Shown here: positions 1 through 12,230 of the stretch, in pieces
Position numbering within the stretch: position 1 is the first letter of the stretch
Layout: every line of letters begins with the position of its first letter
From: Callorhinchus milii
Taxonomy: Eukaryota
Length of the DNA stretch: 64,000 nt
Direction: 5' to 3'
Assembly (NCBI RefSeq): GCF_018977255.1
Contig: NW_024704743.1
Location: 51,896,001 to 51,960,000 of the forward strand
Program-made: the position numbers and the translations under genes
The notes under the pieces: model-generated
The model's database searches: none
What the model was told of the DNA's origin: nothing
Seen by the model: only the letters and a program-made list of their open reading frames with translations

Positions 1-100
1 GCTTTGAAGGTGAGGATCAGGATCTTGAACTGTATCCTCTGTGTGATGGGAAGCCAGTAGATTCAGGCGAGGATGAGGATAATAGGGTCATTGAACCTTG
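1..100 (-). mobile_element. L2 LINE ORF2 C-terminal fragment (decayed)
   Basis: Minus strand reads ..YWLPITQRIQFKILILTFKA, matching the L2 motif HWLPVxxRIxFKIL. Confidence 0.75.
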
Positions 101-410
101 TGCAGGAGAGTACATGGGCTGCAGATAATCTGCACACTAAAATTAGGTTTAATAACTAATTCAATGAAAACAGTAAGAAAGAAAAATAAAATGTATGGAA
201 CATTGAGGCATAATTTCAACCAGTATGGAACATTGCAGGAAGATCAAGGCATCACTGATCTGGAGAAAGCCTGCAGAGCAACATTATCAAATTTAGTTGG
301 GTTACAGGTCTCTGACCTGGTGGAGTGTCTTTTGAACTTGGAAGACATTTTATAGAAACCTCAGTTGAATTAAATGCAGCAGATTCCAAGAATATGTATT
401 TGGACAAACA

Positions 411-1450
411 GTAATTTTACATTCATATTTCATGTTGAGAGGACATCGCAAAGTGCTTCACAGAGCTAACTGGGAGCCCAAGCTAGGAGTGAGGGAGCTG
501 AAGAAGATAGGAGGGAAAGGTGAACAAATGCACAGTCAAAAATAAAGGTCTTAAGGGGGGCTTAATGGTGGGAAGGGAGGGTTGATGGAGGAACTCTGGG
601 ATGTAGTTCTGGAGAACAGGGGCAGAATGCTGGAATGCTTGCCCACCAATGGTGGGACAAATGGGGTGGGAGCATGAAGAAGGCCGGTGATCGATGAGTT
701 GAACAGCCAAGGTTGTAGACGTGCAATGGCGTGGCACTATGGAAATATTGGAATGCGAGCACATTATCTTGAATATCCCAAAAAACATACAAAATTACAT
801 TTGATCTGCATTGAATATGATCTGCTGGGGGATGGGGAATCAATGGAGCCAAACAAGGATGGGGTGATAGGGTCAAGGAGCCTAATGTAGGAGAGGCCAC
901 GGGCTGTAGAGTTTTGGATGATCTATAGCTTGTGTAGGGAGGAGCCAGGGAGTCCAGAGAGCAGGGTATCTGAACAATCAAGCCTGGATATGAAAGCGTG
1001 AATAAAAGTCTCGGAAGCCCGGGTGGAGAGGTAGAGGCATAGGCGGGTGATGTTACAATAGTTAGGGAAAGCTGAGCAACTGAGAGCCCAGATGTGAGGC
1101 CTATAGATCAAACAATACACCAAGGGTTTGCACTGATTTTGTGAGATAATGTGCATCCGTGTAACTTGTAGCGGTCAGTGCCTGAAATGGGGATGTACTG
1201 ACTGGAGCTTAGCAGGAGAGCCTCGGTCTTGTTGACATTTAGCAGGATGAAGTAAGAACTGATACAGAACTTAATGTCTGGCAAGCAATTGGTCAGTGCA
1301 GCAGTAGACCTGCAATCGGGGGTAGAGACAAAAAGATACAGTTGGATGTCATCCTTGTTCATGTGGAAATGGACTCCATTTCTCTGGATGAAATCACCAT
1401 GGGGGGGCATACAGATGGTGACCAGACATGAAGTACATTGTGCGGAGCCA
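411..1450 (-). mobile_element. L2 LINE 3' part with frameshifted reverse transcriptase remnant
   Basis: ORF 1108..1410 has FHMNKDDIQLYL..CLPDIK..LNVNKTE (decayed YADD region). ORF 923..1156 has ETFIHAFISRLDCSDTLLSGLP. An L2-type 3' tail lies near 411-470. Confidence 0.9.
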
Positions 1451-1477
1451 ATTTACTTCCAAGAGGATTGCTATTGT

Positions 1478-1812
1478 GGGGTCCTGTAGCTTAGTGGTTA
1501 GAACACGCCTCGTAAGCAAGAGGATCTGAGCAGGGCAAAACCTGAGGCGAGTTTCCTTATTCCACATGCCTCTGTTTACCTAGCAACAAGTAGGAACCTG
1601 GTTGTTCATTGATTGGCGGATCGCATTCCGAGGGTTCAAGAAAATAATAATAATCATTTGGTCACTCAATCCACAACTGTGCTGTGCACAATTGGCTGCT
1701 GCATTTCGCCCACAAAATATACAGTCAATCTATTTTACAGTATATTCTGTGAAGTGTTTTGAGACGTCTCGAAGACTTGATAAGGCGCTATATCAAATGC
1801 AAGGTATATTAT
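1478..1812 (+). mobile_element. tRNA-derived SINE (SINE2-1_CM-like), long form
   Basis: Head gtcctgtagcttagtggttag, CORE-like middle, tail gcgctatatcaaatgcaagg; many paralogues in the window. Confidence 0.9.
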
Positions 1813-2327
1813 CGTGATCAAATTACTGAGGAGCTGGAAAGAAGGTGAGCTGATACCAACCAACATGATTTGGGGTATAGCCAAGAATGTGTATGTGACA
1901 GGACCCCACATATGTACATTCAACCACATAACCAATAGTCCTCAGTGAGATGTAGTCAGAAGCAATCTGTTTCAGTCCACATTAGTTAATTATAATTCAA
2001 AAGGCCATTGTGATATAGTCTGGGAATGATATATAGGTCAAATTGCTTCACTCATATAAGTGGACCCAATCATGAAAATGTACATTTTTATTGATAACTC
2101 TAATGTAGTCAGTGATAAGGATCACTTTTAACCAAAAGCTCAGCTTATACATGTAAATAAATCTTTCAGAATTCTGTACGCTTGATCTTTTTCATTAAAT
2201 AAAATAAAACACAGCTTGCTTGACTCAATAATAATAATACAGTTGTTAGAACTGGAATCTTAAATACATTAGCACTTTACTGAGTGCCAGAAGGACAGTT
2301 GGCTGCGTGCCTTCAATATAATAGAAT

Positions 2328-2690
2328 AAAATAATCCTTGCATTTGATACAGTGCCTTTCATGTTAGGAGGATGTTTCTACGTGTTTAGCAGGCAGATAA
2401 GGCAACATTATTGTGCACAGCAACGTCCACCAACAGCCATGAAGAGAATAATATTTTTATCTTTAGAAATGTTGACCAGGATACAGGGAGAATCTCACTT
2501 CACTTTTTGAATAGTGTCATGGGATCAGTTTAAAGTTTTATCTAAAGAACATTCAGCAAAGCAGCAACCCCCAGCACTGCACTGGAGTGTCAACGTTGAC
2601 AATGTGAATGTAAAAGCCCTCAAATGGAGCTTGAACATACAGACATTTTTGCTCAGAGACAAGAGTGCTAACAATTGAATCAGAATGATC
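2328..2690 (-). mobile_element. Deu-domain SINE (SacSINE1/AmnSINE1-like), diverged
   Basis: Shared tail ataatccttgcatttgata, Deu segment atagtgtcatgggatc, head remnant ctcagagacaagagtgcta. Confidence 0.75.
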
Positions 2691-2736
2691 CCCAAAGATA
2701 GTATATATGCTATCCAATAATAATGGTATACATATA

Positions 2737-3587
2737 CAGTATATGTATATATTCCTATCCAGTATATTAATATAATTTATTTATTAACAGATTAACACAT
2801 ATATAAGCTTCTCAGAACAGCTGTTTGTCAGAACATTTAATTTGTTTTCAAACTCTGATGAATACAAAGAGTTAAGTTTGACACTGCTTTTCCCTAGTGC
2901 TATTTGTGCTGTGCATTGTATCACTGCACCAATGAGTTGCACATCATTGCATTGCATGTAATTCTTTTAACGAAAGCCATATGATAGAAAGCACTTGTTG
3001 TCTGTCCTGTTGTTTATGGCAGTAGGAACAAAACATTATAGACATCATTCCCATGTCTGCTGAGATAATGGGTATAGCTCACAGGGTCACAAGGTCACAA
3101 GACAGTTTCAAATGAAGAATGCACCTCAGCCTATTTGATTTCATCCTTCCGAACTAATTATAATAATAATATTAATAATTGTGCTTGATATAGTGCCTTA
3201 TCACATTGTTGAGACGTCTCAAAGCGCTTCACAAGATATATTGAAAAGCGAATCAACTGTGTATTTTTTGGGCGAAATGTGGCAGCTAATCACAGTGTCC
3301 CACAAACAGTTGTAGATTGAAGTGACCAAATTATGATTATTTGTGGGGGTTTTTTGGAAGCGATTATTACCCCCTCGAAAAGCGATCTGCAATCGACTAA
3401 CAACCGGGTTATTGCTTACGGCTAGGTAAACAGAGGCATGTGTGTGGAGTAAGGAAACTAATTTAATTGTAATATATATACAATATATGTATAGATTCCT
3501 ATCAAGTATATTAATATCATTTATTTATTAACAGAATAACAAATATATAAGCTTCTTAGAACAACTGTTTGTGAGAACATTTAATTT
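2737..3587 (+). repeat. Direct duplication of about 107 bp (2737-2843 and 3481-3587)
   Basis: Ungapped alignment by eye, about 9 mismatches. Confidence 0.9.
3158..3458 (-). mobile_element. SINE2-1_CM-like SINE, long form, 5' truncated
   Basis: Matches the reverse complement of the copy at 32305-32679. Confidence 0.9.
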
Positions 3588-3609
3588 ATTATGATAAATA
3601 CTAAGCCAT

Positions 3610-3960
3610 GGTACAAGTTCTCCCATTACGGCATCAAGCTGTTTTTTAAATGAATGCAGCATTCTGGCCTTAACCACTTTTCCTAGTAACTTGTTCCAGT
3701 TGTTCATTAATAATAATAAAAATAATCCATGCATTTAATACAGTGCTTTTTATAGCAGCAAGATGTCTCAAAGCACTTCACAGGATTTACTGTAAAGTGC
3801 AGGAACTGTATTTTGTATATTAACCCTCTAAGTATAAAAAAAATGTTCTGGTGCCATAACTGAAATTGCCCTTTGCAACCTTAGATATTAAACCTGTGTC
3901 CTCTTGTTCTGCGGTCTCAGTGCATTGAAAAGTATTTTTTGTGGCTTTACTTTCTCAATT
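3610..3960 (-). mobile_element. CR1 LINE 3' fragment interrupted by a SINE tail (3711-3818)
   Basis: Colinear with the CR1 fragment at 35100-35300; ATTAA flanks the insert on both sides. Confidence 0.75.
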
Positions 3961-4289
3961 TCATTGAAGGCTAGTGGTGTCATGAAAGAGAGGCATGAGG
4001 CATTTTCCAGAGCAATTTGATGTATTCCAGAAGTTTTATAAGTAAAGATTGTGAAATGCCATGAGGCTTTAGTGAGTTTGTAATTTCATAATCTTTACTC
4101 AGATATATCCATTACACCACAGTCAAATCCTTAAACGGACTCCAAGGCAGATATTGTATTGTGGTATTTTCAGCTTCAAACCAATAGTAATAGATATTTT
4201 ATGTTTTAAAAGGAACTTTGATTGTTCTATTCTAAGTTTCAGAATTAAGCAGCTTCAAAAGATGTCTATGAAATGATACAATTTCACAA

Positions 4290-4456
4290 GATCGCTTTTC
4301 ATAAGGGTTATTGAGCATTAACTGATGTGCACAATCGGCTGCCACATTTTGCCCACAAAATATATAGTCAATTTACAGTATAATCCTGTAAAGCGCTTTG
4401 AGATGTCTCAACAATATGATAAGGCTCTATTTCGAATGCAAGGATTATTATTATTG
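4290..4456 (+). mobile_element. SINE2-1_CM-like 3' fragment
   Basis: gtgcacaatcggctgcc..ttcgaatgcaaggattattattatt. Confidence 0.85.
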
Positions 4457-4794
4457 TTACTGTCATGTGAGCCAGCAACAGGCACGATGGAGTGAATGGT
4501 CTTGCTGTGCTGTAAATTTCTATGGTTCTGTAGCTGTTAAATGCAATACATTTTAACATGATTGATGAATATGCTTGTTCTTGACTGATCTCACTGTGCT
4601 GTCACTCCTGAGAGAGCAATCGTTCTGGGGGAAGAGATGCATGTCACTTTGAAGACCTCACAAGTCAACAGCTGCTCCTGGGAGGTTGCTGGAACCTTTG
4701 ATATACAAATTTACAGACTTTGCAAAGTAGACCTTACATGACAGATGTTGCTAAGTTTTGTATTTAAAAACAAGCTTCCAATAGTTCCATCAAT

Positions 4795-5100
4795 GGTTCA
4801 GTTGTCAAAGGCAATGCCCAGTGGAGATTGAGCCATGCAGAATAGTTCATATTCAATGGGTCTGCTACTTTGTCATTTCAAGGATTCTATGGAAGGTCCC
4901 AGGTTTGATCTTGCATTTGTGCTGATCTCAGCACCTTTGGTCAAGGAGAGGAAATATGAATTGTTGATTCTGCTTCCCAGTGCCAGCTGGTAACCCTGTT
5001 GTAAAGTTCTTCTGTATGGATGTCAACAAATAATACTATCAGTCCCACTTTGGCCTTCCAACAATCGCTGTTCAGATTAACATATAAAAATTATCATGGT
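4795..5100 (+). mobile_element. Ancient tRNA-headed SINE (third family), highly diverged
   Basis: ggaaggtcccaggtttgatc B-box-like segment; loosely colinear with the reverse complements of 22380-22745 and 62190-62400. Confidence 0.5.
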
Positions 5101-5440
5101 GAGTCCTTTGGCCATTTAGCTTTGGGAACTGGGTTTGAATGTTTAAAATGAGCTTGGGTTGTGTTAACCTAGTATATGTGGAATGCAGGATGAAACTGCC
5201 TTAATTTGTTATTAGATTCTTACACAAAAGGGCCAGGCGGGGGTTCCTGAAAGAAATATCACACTGTTTCATTAGGGCATAATGTTTTAGGGTCCATTTT
5301 ATCTGTGCCAGGCTCAGGTTTGAGATATTGTTTGTGCAGAATAGGGAAGAAATGTGTCTGCATCTAATTATGTTATGCATGACCTGGGAGTGTTTGATGT
5401 TGAAGCTAGGTATTGTCTCTCGTCTTTGATCAGGACAAGG
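5100..5440 (+). mobile_element. LF-SINE-like remnant
   Basis: Segments actgggtttgaat, aaatgagcttgggt and ccaggctcaggtttgagatattg..gacctgggagtg resemble my recollection of the LF-SINE consensus. Confidence 0.4.
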
Positions 5441-5547
5441 TTCTCTGAATCAAAGGTGGAACCATTAGAACTGTAGCCCAGCATCACTCAGCCCCTTCGG
5501 GAGAAAAAGAAAATTTTTGAGAGAAAAAAACTAAAATGAATACCTGG

Positions 5548-5982
5548 CTAATAATAACATAATAATAATCCTGGCTTTCGATATAGTTCCTTTCATGTTG
5601 GGAGGACATCTCAACGTTTTTCACAAGATTCGCATTAAAGTGCAGTGACGTGTATTTTGTAGGTGATCACATTGCTAATTTGCAATGACTCAGAAGTAAC
5701 CACAAAGTGAATGATCAATTTTATCTGGGAGATTGTCAGTCAGAACACCGGGAGAACCTCCCTTCTCTTTTGAAATAGAGTAGTGCTATGGATTCTTTAA
5801 CATCAATCTGCATGGATAGATGAGACCTCGGATTAACATTTAATCTGAAGTACACAATCTCTAACAATGCAGCGCTCCCCCAGGACTACATTGGAGTGTC
5901 CAGACTGTGAGTTCAAAGTCCCAATGTGGATTTTGAACTCATAGCCTTCTGACTCAGAGGTGAGAGTGCTACCAACTGAGCC
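5548..5982 (-). mobile_element. Deu-domain SINE, near full length
   Basis: Head gactcagaggtgagagtgctaccaactgagcc, Deu domain, shared tail. Confidence 0.85.
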
Positions 5983-6757
5983 ACATAAATATATGTATCA
6001 TTTTGCATTTCTTTCTATAGCATGAAGCTGATTCGAAGCTGCCTGATGGTTATATAGTATCTTGGTCTATCCCACTGTGGCCTTCCATTACAGACTCATG
6101 AATGGTCAATATATTGGAGCAAATTCAGGAATTATGATGGAAGAGTCAGATACATCTACAGGATCACTGCCTTGGCTCTGATGAATTGATCTCCAGATAT
6201 ATTTAAACTACCGTGTCCTCTGGAGCAAGCTGTAAACATTGCTTGCTTCTCCTCTGGTGTTAATCCAATGAGGAGGAGCTCAGGTTGGACTTGTTTTTCT
6301 GACACTCATCACTGGCCAATTTGTCCACTTCAAATCATTCACCTTTTAATAATGTTACAGCCAATTTTCTTCACGTGTGGACATGCAATCAGTTTATTAG
6401 CAACACTTTACCAGACATTGGTGGAGATTCTGCTCTTTGGCCATTGTGCCAGGAACTTTATTTTGAAACATTTAGAAACAAATTTAAAAAATTGATTCTG
6501 TAAAACTGTCAGGGTACTTTCAGTCACTGCTGGAGTCTGTCATTTTGTTTGTGCCCTGTGATGTCTCTGTTCATTTGTTTCACTCTGTGCATCCAACTAA
6601 GCAACAATATTTAGAATAGGTGCTTTAGCACAATGTGAAGTGTGGTGGCTGTATATTTCTTGGCAAATAGAAAAATAAGTGTGTTGTGATTTTAACATTA
6701 AATAGATTGATCAACACATGAGTGTCTGTTGGTAGGTCTCATGAACCCTCTGAAAGC

Positions 6758-6759
<2 letters not shown>

Positions 6760-6788
<29 letters not shown>

Positions 6789-7242
6789 CCTTGCATTTGG
6801 TATAGCGCCTTTCAAACCAGGAGGTTGTTCCAAATTACTTCACAGGATATATTGCATAACAAAGTGAATGTGTGTTTTGTGGGTGAAGACACCAGGCAAT
6901 TTTATACACACAGCAATGTCCCATAAACAGCTATGCAGTGAATGACCATTTTTTAAAAATGTATTATTTATTTAGGGGATTATTGGCCAGGACACCAGGA
7001 GAAATTATATTCTCTTTTCGAAGAGTGACATGGGATCTTTAATGTCTACCTGAACAGGCAAACGGGTCCTCAGTGTAACATCTCATCTGAAGGACACCAA
7101 CTCCAACAATACAGCACAGCACCAACACTGCACCAACACAATGTCATCTTAGCCAATATGAGTTCCAAGTCCGGAAGAGAGCCTTAAAACCACAACTTTT
7201 TGATTCAAAGGAAAGAGTGCTACTAATTGAGGCAACCTGATG
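6760..7242 (-). mobile_element. Deu-domain SINE, near full length, with (TAA)n tail
   Basis: ggccaggacaccaggaga..catgggatctttaatgtctacctgaacaggca..catctcatctgaaggacacc is the reverse complement of the Deu domain. Confidence 0.9.
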
Positions 7243-7544
7243 CACTGATTTAAAGAACATAGTCATGAATACTGTATTGTACTAATTGCCAATCTATGGT
7301 GCCAGTATGTAGACCAAAGTAATATTTAACTAAGTGTAACAGTGGGTATGTGCATGTTTGCAGTTTTCAGAATCTGAGCCTTAAAAGGACATCAATAGTA
7401 TATTGAATGGGTTTATTTATGAAAACGCTTATCATGGAGGACTCTACAATTAATTTACTCAAATATATCTTTTACCTGAAATGAGCTCAGAACAAATTAA
7501 TAATATTAGTTCGGTAACATGTAACATCAGACACAAAAGTACCT

Positions 7545-7660
7545 TACATCAACTTGCATTTATACAACACCCTTTATGTAATGTAACAGCGCAAAGTGCG
7601 TCACAGGGTTGGACACTGAGCAACAGAGATGAGGGGTGGGAGAGAGGGATGTAGGATTTG
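7545..7660 (-). mobile_element. L2 3' end fragment
   Basis: caacttgcatttatacaacacc tail followed by a purine-rich L2 3' region. Confidence 0.55.
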
Positions 7661-7959
7661 AGATACATGGGAGAGGGAGCAAGACCCCCTCAGGAAATGG
7701 GCCTCATTGAGCAAACAACTGACCCTCATGTGTCATTGGTTTATATTCAAATGCCCCATATAGTCATGAAAGTGCAATTTTTATTTTAGATCGAGAGACA
7801 AATGTTCCGGCATAGGAACTCTAATTTCCAAATTAATGCAAATCACTCAAGTAATGAAATATTAGTGCTAAATGGAAGAATGTCTTGATTGGACTCAGTG
7901 GTTATAATTTGACATTTATTAGCTGAACACAAGCATTTTACTCATTGGGATAAAGAATA

Positions 7960-8085
7960 TTAAAGCAGATGTGAAAAGAGCAAGAGAATGGGATTAGAAT
8001 GGGGAATTCATTTAGGGAACTGGCACTATAAGACACAATTGGTTGAATGGCCTCAANTTTTTGCTGTAAACCTTCTATGATAGAA
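7960..8085 (+). mobile_element. CR1 3' tail fragment
   Basis: ggttgaatggcct..ctgtaaaccttctatga; similar tails at 4470-4530, 9700-9870, 27835-27890 and 57960-58045. Confidence 0.6.
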
Positions 8086-8274
8086 TTTTACCCTATTGCC
8101 AGTGAAAATTATGTGAATTGACACCATTTATGCTCGAACATTAGTCACGGTGCAAGTGGCCATCACATGTATAAACATTGTCACTATCCGTGACAAGAAA
8201 CGAGTGCTGAAATCATAAAAAATCACCAAGGTTTAGTTTTTTAGTTAAAGACCCGTTTTGTAAAATAACTAAAA

Positions 8275-8640
8275 AGTTACAGTTCAATTTACTTTTATAT
8301 AGAGCCTTTTGCGTCAGACTCAAAATGACTCAAAGAAAGCATTCCACACAGTTGGCTGTTTACCTGAGTTTGGTGGGGTAGCTGAAGAGGGTATGGGTGA
8401 GGAAAGTGCAATTGAAGGGGTAAATCTTAAGGTAGACTTTAAAAGTGGGGGAGGGTGGGGGTGAGACGAAGGGACTCTGAGATTGGTGCTGCAGCGAGTG
8501 GGGCAGAATGGTTGAAAACTCACCCAACAACAGTGAGGTGATGGACAGGAAAAAGGCTAGTGTGCATTGAGTGGAGAGGAAAAAGTTGCATTTCAAGACT
8601 ATTTTGAACATTTGAATAGAAAGCAATGGCACATGAGGGT
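8275..8640 (-). mobile_element. L2 3' fragment
   Basis: Colinear with the L2 copies at 411-800 and 23490-23820. Confidence 0.65.
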
Positions 8641-8685
8641 TATTTGTTTAATTAATGGGGCTGGGCCCCTATCCTTACCAGGTCA

Positions 8686-8870
8686 ATAATAATAATAATC
8701 CTTGCATTTGATATAGTTCCTTATCACGTCTTCGAGACATCTCAAAGCAGTTCACTGAATATACTGTAAAGTGAATTGATGGTATATTTTGTGGTCAAAA
8801 CGCGGTAGCCAATTGCGCACAGCAGTGTCCCAAAAGCAGTCATGGATTGAAGTGACCAATTTTTTTTTTT
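8686..8870 (-). mobile_element. SINE2-1_CM-like 3' half
   Basis: aataatccttgcatttgatatag..gccaattgcgcacagcagtgtccc. Confidence 0.9.
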
Positions 8871-9199
8871 AAGCAATTTCAATGAAAGAAAGATTGTCCA
8901 GCGGTGATGTCCATTTTTCGTAGGCAACATACATAATGTCCTCTATTAAAGTCAGGCCAACTAAATGCAGTAGGCCAGAAAAGACCAAAGATAGATAAAG
9001 TTATAACAGGACCGACTCTTCTGTCGACAGTAATGTGATTTTTCGGTGTTTATTTTTAGCAATTTTGGAGTGTTTATAAATCGGGGGGTTTTAGGGCTTT
9101 CATTGCTGTGCTGAGAAGACGCCCCTTCACACACGCGGGGAGAAACATGTCCTCATGCATGCGCAGTGCTTCTCTCCTCTCACAAACTCTACTTACTCT

Positions 9200-9443
9200 C
9201 TCTTTCGACCTCTCTTCCATGAGCACAGGAGTATCTGGTGATGCATCCACCTGAACAGGCAAATGGGACCCCACTTTAACCTAGATTTCATCTGAAGGAC
9301 AGCATCTCCAAGTAATGCAACACCACCCAGTGCTGCATTGGAGTATCATCTTAGAATATACGAGTTCCAAGTCTCAATTTGGGACTCAAACCCACAACCT
9401 TCGGGTTCAGAGGCGGGAGTGCTACCAACTGAGCTAGACTGAC
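9200..9443 (-). mobile_element. Deu-domain SINE 5' half
   Basis: catccacctgaacaggca..tcatctgaaggacagc..gagtgctaccaactgagc. Confidence 0.85.
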
Positions 9444-11107
9444 ACACACACAATTAGTTTATTCATATGAACTTTGTAATAATTAATACTATGCAATGAA
9501 AAACATATTGCACTGTGGGAGAGCCAATACATTGCAACATAGCTGAGAGTCTATTAATTGACTAGGTGGGAAGCCCAAATGGGATATGGTAATTACTTAC
9601 AGATATGTAGGAAATCTGTAGAAATGTATTCAAATAAGATTACATCTGTATTTAATTGCAATATAGATAAAGTTAGGGTTTGGCTTTATTCTTTAGCCAG
9701 GACCCCCAAATAATCCAGTTGATGAAAAATCTCAGGCAATCAAATGGTTGCATGTCGGTCAACTACAGGGGTATGGGGAAAGGGCAGATAGATGGGACTG
9801 AAAGGATTGCTCTTAAGCGAGCTGATGCAGACACAAGAGCCTTCTTCTGTGCTCTACATTTCTATGGTTCTTCACCAGATTAGGTGTGGGGGTGGGGATG
9901 GAGGCGGCGGTGGCTATGGAGAATTTTCAACAATTCTGAATGGATTTGATAGAGAACTAGAGTACCACCAGAAGAAAAAATGGGGAGATTAGATTACTTT
10001 GTTCAGAATGTGAGTCCTAAATACACGAGGTGATGGAATCCAAAGCCTTCGAGCTATACCTAAATAAGTAAGAGTTAGAACTAAAAACAGTTAAATCCAG
10101 CAGTTGGCCTCCTGGTGGGGACAGAATCATATTCTATTCAAAATATGAGATATTTCATGTGCATTGCTCTTTAAGAATGCAAGGATTATTATTATTATTA
10201 TTGGTGCACATGTAACAAATGCATAATTATATTTTCTGGCAAAGGCTATGAGATAATGTCCATGAAAAGACCTGGCATTTTATGTGCTAAGCTTGCTTAG
10301 AGTTAACTTGATTTCAAAGAGGCAAGCGATCTCTCAGATCAGGTGTTACATCAGGCCTACATCACAAGGCACTGGCTTGGGAAACAAACAACACAAGGAA
10401 CATGAAACCCACCCTCAGCACGTGCTGTAGGTTCAGCTGACAAAGCCAGGGATCCTGCAAGGATCAGATAGTAATGACACTGCTGCAGTGAATATCAATT
10501 GTATCCACAATTGCAGTGTCGGGAATTTAGTTATACAGTAATTAGGTCTGAAACAAGAACACTTCGTCCTCATCTGGGTCTCCATTATCTTGCTTGGTAT
10601 CTGTTGCATGGTGTAAAGAACCGGTACAGTATTTTGTAATCAGTATGAGACTCTTAATGCTCATATCAAATAGCATTGTAAATATGTTTGGGGCATATGA
10701 CCATGATAAGTGTTGGTAACTCAATCCCCCACTGTAATATCAGGATGACTACTGCTAATACTTTGTAAACTGGAAAATTGTAAACCCTCTTGTTTCAACC
10801 TGCATTTCATGTCATTGAAGCACATCCTGATAAATTATTCCTTACTCTACAGGAATTGTGGCAAGCATCCACAAAGCTTGTCAACAGTGGAGATATTCAG
10901 CACCGAATACAGAGTCAACTGCAACTGAGGAAGTTGGAAAGGAATGTTACAGATCCACCTTCACATTCTTCTCCATTCATATACATTGTAATTACACTAT
11001 TTTCTTTTGCTTTATTCTGATGTATTTTTATTTGATCGGATATAAAACAATCACTTTAGAGGAAAATCTAATGTTGGACATGTAACTACAAACATGAATC
11101 CATACAT

Positions 11108-11637
11108 AGTCCCATAGCTTAGTGGTTGGTGAGCTCGCCATGCAAGTGAGAGGACCTGGGTTCGATTCCCAGGCGGGGTGAAACCTTGGCATGGCTAAGA
11201 TCACAAATACACTGTGTGAGGACTCAGGTCCAAAATAACAACAACAACAATAACATGTGTTTATATAGCACCTTTCACACAGGGTAGTGCCCCGAAACTC
11301 TTAAAACTGCATTTTGTGATTCAGCAAAGTTTGATCATTGAGAAGTGTCAAAAGAAGGCAAGTTCTCTTATCCTACTTGCCTGTGTTTGCCTCGGAGTAA
11401 GTTGGAATCCGGTCGTTAGTCGACTGGCGGATCATTTTCCGGGTGTCATAATCCCTTAAAAATAATAATAATTTGGTCCCTCAATCCATGACTGTTTGTG
11501 GAACACTGCTGTGCACAATTGACTGCCGCATTCTGCCCATGTGATATACAGCCAATTCACTTTACAGAATATTCTGTGAAGTGCTTTGAGATGTCTCAAC
11601 AATGAGATAACGTACTATATCAATGCATATTATTATA
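11108..11637 (+). mobile_element. SINE2-1_CM-like long form, interrupted by an insert of about 165 bp (11190-11355)
   Basis: Head with ggttcgattcc B box; the element resumes at ggcaagttctcttatcc; the insert contains an L2-type tail in the opposite orientation. Confidence 0.8.
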
Positions 11638-11954
11638 ACTATCAAAATGGGATGGATTTTTCCTATACTAAAACTTCTTATGGTCTCGAAGAAAAAAGTG
11701 TAACTGCCATTTAAGTGCATTATTGTTAAAATGTATTTAAGAGATTATTGTTTAGCACATTGGAATGTCTTCACAATGTAAAAGGAGCAGTATAAATGTA
11801 ACTTTATGTGTTTTTTTTATACAGGAGGTTATTTATTTAGTCATTGTACAAATACAGTATACATAAACATCAGCTGAGTTGTTCTTATTCTCATCAGTCC
11901 TAGTTTATTAATTGTGTCTAGTGGGTGCAAATTTTACATTCTAATTTATTTAAG

Positions 11955-12230
11955 TAATAATAATCCTTGCATTTGATATTGCACCATTCACGTCAGGAGG
12001 GTGTTTCAAAGTGCTTCACAGAATTTACTGTAATGTGTAGTGACTATGTATTTTATAAATGAATGTGACAGCCTATTTACACACAGCAATGTCAAACAAA
12101 CAGTAATGAAATGAATGACCAATTGTATCTGGGGATTATTGGCCAGGACACCAGGAGACACTCCATTTTCTTTTTGAACAATGCCATGGGATTTTTAACA
12201 TCCCCTGAATAGGCAGATGGGACCCTATTG
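11955..12230 (-). mobile_element. Deu-domain SINE, 5' truncated
   Basis: Tail plus Deu segment ggccaggacaccaggaga..gccatgggatttttaacatcc. Confidence 0.85.

Noticed and set aside
8057..8057. Single N base
   Set aside because: Assembly ambiguity.
10105..10122. CTCF-like motif (rc CCACCAGGAGGC)
   Set aside because: Imperfect single motif match with no supporting evidence.
10545..11000. Plus-strand exon-like segments (10547 and 10853)
   Set aside because: No consistent donor, reading frame or recognisable protein.
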